Positions 55,554 to 64,000 of a stretch of 64,000 bases of DNA are shown in pieces. Source of the stretch: Dictyostelium discoideum (taxonomy: Eukaryota). Location: NCBI GenBank assembly GCA_000004695.1, contig CM000154.2, positions 2,784,001 to 2,848,000 of the forward strand, in the 5' to 3' direction. Position numbers and translations under genes: made by a program. The notes under the pieces were generated by a model. It was not told the DNA's origin. It saw only the letters and a list, made by a program, of their open reading frames with translations, and ran no database searches. The stretch's first letter is position 1, and every line of letters begins with the position of its first letter.

Positions 55554-55900
55554 CCCAAATATTTATTTAAGGGATTTCCTTCCACCCTCACCATAAATTT
55601 TTTTTTTGGGGGGTTAAATTGTTGTTGTTGAAATTCCTGCTGCTGTTGAATTTTTAAAAAAAAAATAACTATCGGGGTTATAACGGGAAGTGGGGGGGGC
55701 CCTATTTGAAGGGGGGGGGGTTGAACTTTATTTTTTTTGGGGGGCCACCCTTTTTTTTGTCGGTTCCAATTTTACAAAAAAAAATTTGAATTTTTTTACC
55801 GGTTTTAAAATAAAAAAAATAAAAAAAAAATAAAAAAAGGTGGGGGATTTTTTTTTTTTTTTTTGAACATGTCCTTTTTTTTTTAAATTTTTTTTTTCTC
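55540..55900. other. Anomalous G-homopolymer-rich segment, a possible low-quality or artefactual sequence block
   Basis: Runs such as gggggggg, ggggggggg and tttggggggccaccc, interspersed with T-runs, in a genome that otherwise almost lacks G-runs. No ORF. It does not resemble the neighbouring sequence composition. Confidence 0.45.
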
Positions 55901-56199
55901 CCCTTTTTTTTTTTAAAATTTTTTCATTTTCCCAATTAATAAATAAAAAAAAAAAAAAAAATTAAAAAACAAAACAACAAAAAATTTAAAAAAAAAAAAA
56001 CAAAACAATAAAAAAAAAAAAAACTTTTTAATACCTATTTAACATTTGTTTAATTTCATTTTATTATTATTATTATTTTTTTAATTTTATTATATATTGT
56101 GCACGCATAGTATTTTTTAATTTTTTTTTTATTTTTTTTTTTTTATTTTATTTTTAGATTTTTTTTTTTTATTTTCATTTTTTTTTTATTTTATTTTTA

Positions 56200-59100
56200 T
56201 TATTTTTTAATTGATTTTTGATTATTTAAAGAAACAATTTCAATATTCTTTTTAACAATATTACTTACTAAATCATCACAAGCATATTGAACTGATTCTA
56301 AAGCATTTAAATTAATAGTAGCCATTAAATCATTTTCAGAAGAGGTTGAGGATGATAAAGTTTGATTTGAATTTATGAATTTTAAAGTGAAAATTTTTGA
56401 AAGATCCAATAAGATATTTTCATCAGGATTATATTTTGGTGAATCCATTAGTGATGTTAAAATTTCTAATGGGATTGGATCTTCAAAACTATCAACATCT
56501 GGTGAATACATTGTTAGTAATTGTTTTAATTGAGCTATTGATAAGGTTGGACAAATTTCATCACGAAGTTCATCATTTTGTAATTGAGTTTTATCAATCA
56601 TTAAAATGTAAACCACCTCTTTCAAAAGTCTTAATTTATCACAAACACTTGAAGACCATTCTTTACCATGATGTAATTTAACCCAATGTTCCAATTCTGA
56701 AATATTCATCTTTATTGGTATACTACTTCTCAAACAACATAAATCCTTTCTTAATAAAATTTCATTAAATATCATTGCATTTATAAATGAAAATAATTGT
56801 TCAAATAATAATTTACATAAATTATTATTAATATAACAATTTTCTAATGATAATGAAATTTGAATTTGATTTCTAAAAAAAATAAAATTTTTAAAAAAAA
56901 AAAAAATAAAATTAGTAATAAATAAATAAATAATATTATAATTAAATAAAATAAAATACTTACAAATAATTTGTAATTGGATCCATAAAATCAATTTCTG
57001 AAGTTGTATCATTTAATGATTTATGAAGTATTGGTTGAATATAATCAGTGATGTTTTTAACAACATTTTTATGAGCTTTTACAATCATTGTTTGAAGTGT
57101 AATTTTTAATTTTTCAATTAATGCTTTATCTTGATCATTTAATGATAATTGATCTTTTGTATCTTGATTATAAGTTTCCATAATATTAAATAATGTATAG
57201 AAATTTGAAAACCAATAACATAATGCTGAACAATTTGATTTTGGATCTCTATAAATTACTTCTTCAACTTTATCACAGAAATAAATTAAAATGTTTACAT
57301 TGGTTTCGATTGGATCTAATACACCAGTACCACTGCCACCACCACTATTTGTGCTATTTGGAGTACCAATAACTGTTGCATCAACATCATAAATATTCTT
57401 TAAGAAACAACGTGATAAAATGAATGCAGGTTCAGGTATTCCACCCATTTCAGATGGTACATATTTTGAAACTATTGAATCATGATTCTTTATGATTAAA
57501 TCAACTAAATATTTACCAGATTCCAATTGACAGTTATTGAAATTCAATGCACTTACTAAATCTGAAATTGTACTTTGTTGAATATGTTTATCACTACCAG
57601 TTGGTGAACTTTGACTTAATGGATTACCACTACCATTGGTAGTAGATGTAGCAGGGTTGGTACCATTATTAAGATGATATTGATGTAATTGTTGTTGTGC
57701 ATCAATCTCTTGACTATTTGTAAAATCTTTATATGATAATGATTTAATATTACTATCCATCATATTAATTGGTGATGTTGTACTTGTAATACTATTTGAT
57801 GGTGATATATTATGTTGTTGTTGTTGTTGTTGATGATGAGAACTACTATTATCATTTGTAATTGAAGATTTAGTATAAACTACTTTTGGTGAATCATTAA
57901 TATTTGAAGGAATACCAGGTAATAATGAACGTGGATGACTTGATGATTTTTTAACTTTTTCTTCCAATTGTGTAATTTGAAGTTTTAATGATTCAATATA
58001 TTGTTTATGAGTTTCATCCATTTGTTTTAATTCTTTATATTCTTTTTCTAATTCATTAAATTGTCGTCTTGGTATAACATCAACATTATTATCATCATCA
58101 TCATGGCCAATAGTTTCTCTTGATCTTGGTGGTGAAATTGATGAAATTTCATGATTTCTTTTTCTATCTTCACCTTTATGTTGTTTTGGGGATAATATTA
58201 AACTATCAGTATTATCAATACTATCATCACTACTGCCACTTATTGTTGTATCACTATTTGAATTTATTGAATTTCTAATTGGACTAGCTGGTGATGATTT
58301 TGGTGGACTAGTAACACCATTATTTGTTGTTGTACTACCTTCAAAACTAGTATTACCAACAACTTCATTATTTTTATATGAATGTTGATGTTGCTTTTCT
58401 TCTAAATCATTAATATGTTGTTTTAATTTTGAAATTATTAATTCATTTTGTTGTTTATATTGATGATATTCAGATTCTAAAGCTGAATATTTTAAAAGTA
58501 ATTCTTCTTTTTCTAAATTAATATTACCAAAATCTTTTTGTAATTTCTCTTTTTCAATTTGTATATTTGAAAATTGTGAAGATAATTGTTCATTTTCATT
58601 CTTTATCTTTTGTGCCAATTGTGATTCCATATCTAATTTTGATTGAATATCACCCAATTTCGAAGCCAATTTATTCTTTTCAGCAACTACATTTGTTAAT
58701 GATTTAGCTTCAGCTTTCAATAATTTCAATTGTTTCTTTGCCAAATTTGATCTCCACAATGATTGAATCTTTACAATCTTTTTAATTCTGTCCATTAGAG
58801 TATTGAATTCTTTAGAATCTTCTAAACGACGTAATAAACTTTGGAAATGAATAGTTGTTGATAACAATTGATTAAATTGTTTCTCCAATTCATTAGTACG
58901 AATCAATGATTGTAAATGAATTGCAGAATTCTCTTCAACCATTGAATTGTATTCCAATTGTTGTAAGTATGATCTAATTAATGATTGGAAATAAATTGAA
59001 GAATGTTTAGTACTTGTGTAAGCTTTTCTATCAGTGTAACCTCTCCATATTTTTTGAATAAAGGTTGCACTGTTTATCATGGTTTGTGATCTTAACAATT

Positions 59101-62100
59101 CCAAATTTGCAATAATACCTGACTTAAAAAATAATTTAGTTAAACCAAATTGAACTGAACTAATATCAATTGATAATTTATTTATCATTAATTCAGCACC
59201 CTTTCTTTTCAATTCTATTTGATTATTGGTACCACCATTACTACTATTTAAATCAGTTTCTTTTAATATTGAATTCCATTCCTTTGATTCATTTGAATCA
59301 TCATCATTTTTAAAATCTTTTGCAACAATTAATTTATAACGTTTAATGAAATTATCATAAACTAATCTTGATGGATAACCAGATCTACTTATACGCAATT
59401 GTTCAATTACACCGCTACAACGAAGTTGATGTAATACCATAACATTATCAAATAGATTTGCTCTTTTTTCAGTATTTGGTTTAATACATCTTATATAATG
59501 TGGATTGGTAGAATTAATTGTTGTCATTAATGAATTTAATGATTCTTTAAATTGTGATGATACTGATGTAAATTTAAATGTTGATTTACCAGCAGCTGAT
59601 GATGATGCTTTATTTCCACCAGCACCACCACCACCACTTGTACCACCACCTCCATTCATTTTCTTTGATAGGATTTGAAATAAATTTGTTAAAAATTTCC
59701 AATTACTTGATTCTAAGGCACTAACTTGTTCTGAAATTATAAAATCTTTATTCTTTTCTAAAAATAAATTTGTATCATACTCCACCTTTAAAATTATATT
59801 AAAAACAATAAAAATAATAATATAAAAAATAATTATTATTGAAATTAAAAACATTAATATATTTAAATTTTATTATTTAATTTTATAAATATACCTATAC
59901 TGTAGTAATTAAATAAAAAAACAATACAAAAATAAAAAAATAAAAAAACAAAAAAAAAAAATAATTAAACCAACTGTTATTGTTTGTTTTTTTTTTTTTT
60001 TTTTTACTAATTGATAATTTTGGCGGTTAATTGAAATATCTTTATTTATATAGATATTTAAATGAAATTACCACCAACCACCTTTACAAAAATATTTATT
60101 CAAAAAATTTTGGTGGTTTTTTTTTTAATTGGTGGGGTATTTTTTAAATAATAAAATAATTATCAAGTGAACACACACACATAACAAAGAAAAAGAAAAA
60201 AAAAAAAAAAAAAAATAAATAAAACTTACTTTACCAGCATAATGGTCAATTATAAAATGAGTTTGAGAAAATCTTGGTTTTTCAAAATTTTTAGATTTTG
60301 AATGATTATTATATAATTTTGTACAAAGTGTTGATGGAGTTGATTTAGGAAATTGAGATTCTTCATCTAAAATACTTAAAATACCCAATGGTTTCTTTTC
60401 AATTAAATCTATACACTCTTGATTATCAGAGAATTCAATATATGACCAATCGATTTTCTCTTTTTCATATTCCAATTGTTCCAATTTAAAAATTTGATGA
60501 TTAAATTGATTTTGTAATTTTTCATTTGCATAATTGATAGTGAATTGTTCATAAGAATTTGATTCAAATGATTCAAAACCATAGATATCTAAAATACCAA
60601 TGAAAAGGAATGAATTATCTTTCTTTTCAGTACCAATTTTATCAATTGATTGATTAATCCTAACCACTAACCAATCGAATAATCTTGAATATAAAAACAT
60701 TGATAAAGAATCTCTTGCTTGTGATGCTTGTTCAACTGTATGATTTATAGTATAAGATTCATTACCAGCTTTCATTTTTCTTGAACAAAACGTTGACTTT
60801 AATGAATCAACTGAACAACCTAATAATTTACATGATATTTCCAATGGATTATACCCACCAGCATCATCATCACTAAATGATTCACCAAATGATGAATTTC
60901 CATACTTGATTATGGATGAATCTTCTTCCTTACCCTTTTCAAATTCAATATTACCAATATGTAAAATTGATAATAATATCTTATAAATTCCAATTAATTC
61001 ATCATTTGATAAACCCATTACTTTTAAAGCATTTTCAGTTTTTATAAAAACTTGTGAATCATCAACACCATCAATTGAATCACAACCACTTGAAATTAAA
61101 TAATTAAAATCTGATGCTTTACATTTTAATAATGATTTTAAATCATCAATATTATTATTACTACTACTACTACTGTCTTCATCTTTATTATTATTACTAC
61201 TATTTTTTAAACAACAACTATTATTAAAACCTTTAATTAATTGATAAAATATATGATAACCTCTTTCATTTTCTGGTGGTTTTACAATTCTAGATTTCTC
61301 CAATAAATAAGTTTCTAATTTTGCACCAACTATTGTGCCTTTTATTTTATCGAAATGAATTTCAATGAATTTACCAAATCTTGAAGAATTATCATTACGT
61401 AATGTTTTTGAATTACCAAATGCTTCTAGAATCGGTGTTGATTTTATAACTTGAGTTTCAATATTATTACCCTCGACTATATCCTCTTCAGAGATTAACG
61501 ATGTATTTACACCATTACCTTTTTCACCCATTGCTGCGAAATATTGTAATAAGAATTTAGTAGTTTCAGTTTTACCTGCACCAGATTCACCAGATACTAA
61601 AATCGATTGATTCTTTTGAAAATTTAACATCTCTCTATATGCTGATTCTGCAATTGAGTAAACGTGTGGTGCTAATTTTGAAACTGGTTGATCACAAAAA
61701 CTTTCAATCATTTCTTTACTATATATTGGTAATTTTGTATATGGATTAATCGCAATCAATATGCTACCAGTATATGTATAAATTGAATTAATTTCATATC
61801 TTTTTATTAAATTATGTATTACTGCTGCTTCATGTAAATGTGATAATGATGTCATATCATCTATTCCTTCTTGAATTACTGGATTTTGCATTCTTAATTC
61901 ATCTTTTTCAATTTTAATTTCCTAAAAATAATAATTAAATAAAAAATGTTAAAAAAAAAAATGTTAATATATTATTCTTTTTTTTATTTTTTTTATTATT
62001 TTAAATAATATTTATAGATTATAATTACTTTTCCATTTTCATCTCTAACTAACCAACCTTCACCAGGTATTTCTTTTATTAAGTCACCATTAATCCAACC

Positions 62101-62157
62101 TTTTTCTGGATTTGGTACCCATACTTTTTCTTTACCACAATTATTATCAATCATCAT
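56200..62157 (-). CDS. myoH: Class V-like unconventional myosin heavy chain. Motor domain, IQ motifs, coiled coil and a C-terminal DIL (dilute) cargo-binding domain. complement(join(56200..56872,56964..59785,60230..61921,62029..62157)), 1771 aa.
   Basis: Exon 1 is the myosin N-terminal SH3-like segment MMIDNNCGKEKVWVPNPEKGWINGDLIKEIPGEGWLVRDENGK. Exon 2 is the motor with P-loop GESGAGKTE, switch I NDNSSRFGK and ..LDIYGFE. Splicing at ..HFIIDHYAGK|VEYDTNLFLEKNKDFI restores the conserved motor sequence across a 444-nt intron. Exon 3 has IQ motifs (IQKIWRGYTDRKAY..) and a long coiled coil. The last exon holds the DIL domain ..ICPTLSIAQLKQLLTMYSPDVDSFEDPIP.. The computed 1771 aa equals the length I recall for Dictyostelium myosin-H. 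myoJ is the alternative but is longer. Confidence 0.8.
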
Positions 62158-62808
62158 TAATTATTATTATTTCTATTATTTATTATTTTTTTTTTATAAA
62201 AAAAAAAAAAATTTATTTATTTATTTATTTTATTTATTTATTTATTACTATTATTATTTTTACAATTTTAAAATTTTTAATATGAGTATGAAATTAGTAA
62301 TAAAAAAAAAAAAAAAAAAGAAAAAAAAAGAAAAAAAAATTAAAAAATAAAAATTAAAAAATAATCAATATATAAAAACTATATTATTTTTTATTTAAAA
62401 AAAAAAAGAAAATATTCAATAAATAATATTGAGAAGTACCCTAAATTTTTTTTATTTTTTTATTTTTTTATTTTTTTTTTAAAATTTTATTTTTAATAAA
62501 AATAAAAAAATAAAATAAATGTTTAGTTTTTTTTTATAAATATGGTAAAAATTTGGGTTAAAAAGCGAAGACTGGAGGTGGTGACATGTATTTATTTTAA
62601 CCCTTTAAAAATTTCATTTTTTTTATAAATTTTATGTCATAGTAGTGTTTGTGGTTTAACCAAATCGAATATTTTTTAAAAAAAAATAAAAAAAAAAAAA
62701 AAAAAAAAAATCTTGTGGTTTAAGTAATATTAATAAATTTTAAAAATAGGTTTAATTCAAATTTATTTAAATAACCCTATTCAAAGATTATTAAAAAAAA
62801 AAAATATC

Positions 62809-62861
<53 letters not shown>

Positions 62862-63193
62862 AAAATAAATATATAATAAATTATTAATTAAAATATCTTT
62901 AAAAGTTTTAATTATTTATAAAATATTAATTTTTTATTTTATTATAAACTTAAAAATAGATAAAATTTTGATTTCGTTTTCAATTATAATTTATCATTCA
63001 TAGTACATAAATAAATATTTACTTTATTGGATTAAAAAAAAAAAATAAATAAATAAAAAAATAATTAAGTTTTTTTTTTATTTTATAATAATTAGGTTAT
63101 CATTGTACAAGTTTATTTTTTTTTTTTTTAAATAGATTATTATATGATTTTTTTTTTTTTTTTTTTTTTTTTGGTTATTATTATTTTTTTAAT

Positions 63194-64000
63194 TTATTTT
63201 TTTGATTTTGATGATTTTAATTTTTGAGCTTTTAAATCATCTTCTTTTTGATTTAAAAGTTTCATAATTGCTAAATTTTCTGCTTCTAATTTTGTGGCTA
63301 AATGTTTAACTTGTTCACCAAATGGAAGACCAGAGACTTCGACGATGATTTGGTCATCGATAGAGGATGAGGAAGAGTTTTCCATTGTTAACTTTTGCCA
63401 TTTGAGTAAATCGTGAACGTGAGTGTCGAGGTTCTTTCTTAAGAGACCAAGACCTTGAGCTTCAGCAGCACCTCTGATTCTGGTGGCTTCGATTTGTTGT
63501 TCGAGTTTTGATTTTTCATCGATGGCTTCAGCTAATTTCAATTCCAAGATAGCTCTATCCTTTTCGGTCTTGGCTAATCTTGCTTCGAGTTCCATACGAG
63601 CCAATTTCTCTAATTCCAAGTTCTTTAAGGTTTCATCGAGTTTGGCTTCCAATTCACGAAGTCTCTTTTCACGTTCAGCACCTTCGGACTCTAATGATGC
63701 CAATAAACTATTGAGTTGATCCTTTTGTTTGATTAATTGTTCACGTGAGACCTTTTCAGATTCCAATGAATTCTCTAAACCGGCTAAACGATTTGCCATT
63801 TCATTTTTGCTACTCTCTAAACGAGCTTTCTCTTCCTTGGCTCTATAGGCATGGAAGAATAAAGATGTGTAGAGAACGAGTGAACGTTCATCAGTGGTAC
63901 CACGCATAACCTCTTCAGCTTCCAAGAGTTTTGGTACACCTAATCCTTTTTCGGCGAAATCAAATGCAGCGTTTAAACGAGCAATTGGGTCCATTGCTTC
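63194..64000 (-). CDS. ctxA: Cortexillin-type actin-bundling protein (end of second CH domain, coiled-coil rod, C-terminal K-rich PIP2-binding tail). 5'-partial: the window ends inside the gene.
   Basis: ..[34 protein letters not shown] is the C-terminal helix of a calponin-homology domain. A heptad coiled coil of about 200 aa follows ([69 protein letters not shown]...). The terminal ..[12 protein letters not shown] resembles the cortexillin I lysine-rich nonapeptide. The open frame continues beyond coordinate 64000. The symbol is inferred; ctxB is not excluded. Confidence 0.7.
   Translation of the reverse strand, partial: EAMDPIARLNAAFDFAEKGLGVPKLLEAEEVMRGTTDERSLVLYTSLFFHAYRAKEEKARLESSKNEMANRLAGLENSLESEKVSREQLIKQKDQLNSLLASLESEGAEREKRLRELEAKLDETLKNLELEKLARMELEARLAKTEKDRAILELKLAEAIDEKSKLEQQIEATRIRGAAEAQGLGLLRKNLDTHVHDLLKWQKLTMENSSSSSIDDQIIVEVSGLPFGEQVKHLATKLEAENLAIMKLLNQKEDDLKAQKLKSSKSKK

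Noticed and set aside
56397-56681. ORF 56397..56681 (+)
   Set aside because: Antisense to the myosin DIL-domain exon.

Overview
This window is eukaryotic nuclear DNA, not prokaryotic. It looks like Dictyostelium discoideum, probably chromosome 5: about 75-80% AT, homopolymer A/T tracts of 20-50 nt between genes, short AT-rich GTAAGT...TAG introns around 70-450 nt, CAA/CAG and AAT microsatellites inside genes, and N/Q/S/T low-complexity inserts in otherwise conserved proteins. I found no CRISPR array, operons, tRNA, rRNA or recognisable transposon, and no prokaryote-style defence system.

I reconstructed about 30 protein-coding genes by chaining the six-frame ORFs across canonical splice sites. 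The provided ORF track is a bacterial-style finder that also uses TTG and GTG as starts, and it reads through introns. Splice coordinates are read by eye and are good to about +/-2 nt.

Genes I am confident of (confidence 0.75-0.95):
- NE81 lamin-like nucleoskeleton protein, 3 exons, 716 aa, ending in the CaaX box CLIM
- polyubiquitin with 7 repeats
- serine racemase
- a DapF/PhzF-fold epimerase-like protein
- methylglutaconyl-CoA hydratase (AUH)
- a PMCA-type Ca2+-ATPase
- ribophorin II
- SDHAF1
- a type I PRMT
- a SPX-EXS (XPR1/PHO1-like) protein
- a class V-like myosin of 1771 aa (myoH-like)
- a cortexillin, truncated by the window edge
- a psi-family PA14 + CTDC-repeat surface protein
- TMEM167 (kish)
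- a CCR4/nocturnin-type EEP nuclease

Secure family calls at slightly lower confidence (0.65-0.70): a URI1-type prefoldin, mitochondrial ribosomal S15, an LSm11-like split-Sm protein, and an MDM31/32-like protein.

The region at 14.1-19.7 kb has no long ORF. It holds a tandem family of about 70-aa secreted cysteine-rich peptide genes: one intron-containing copy, one intronless copy, one frameshifted copy and two relic fragments, plus a 90-nt assembly gap. At about 22.96-23.18 kb, next to the LSm11-like gene, there is a GC-enriched island with hairpin potential. It carries a DUSE-like motif (TCCCATAA) and a TATA-like box on the minus strand, so it is a candidate small ncRNA gene.
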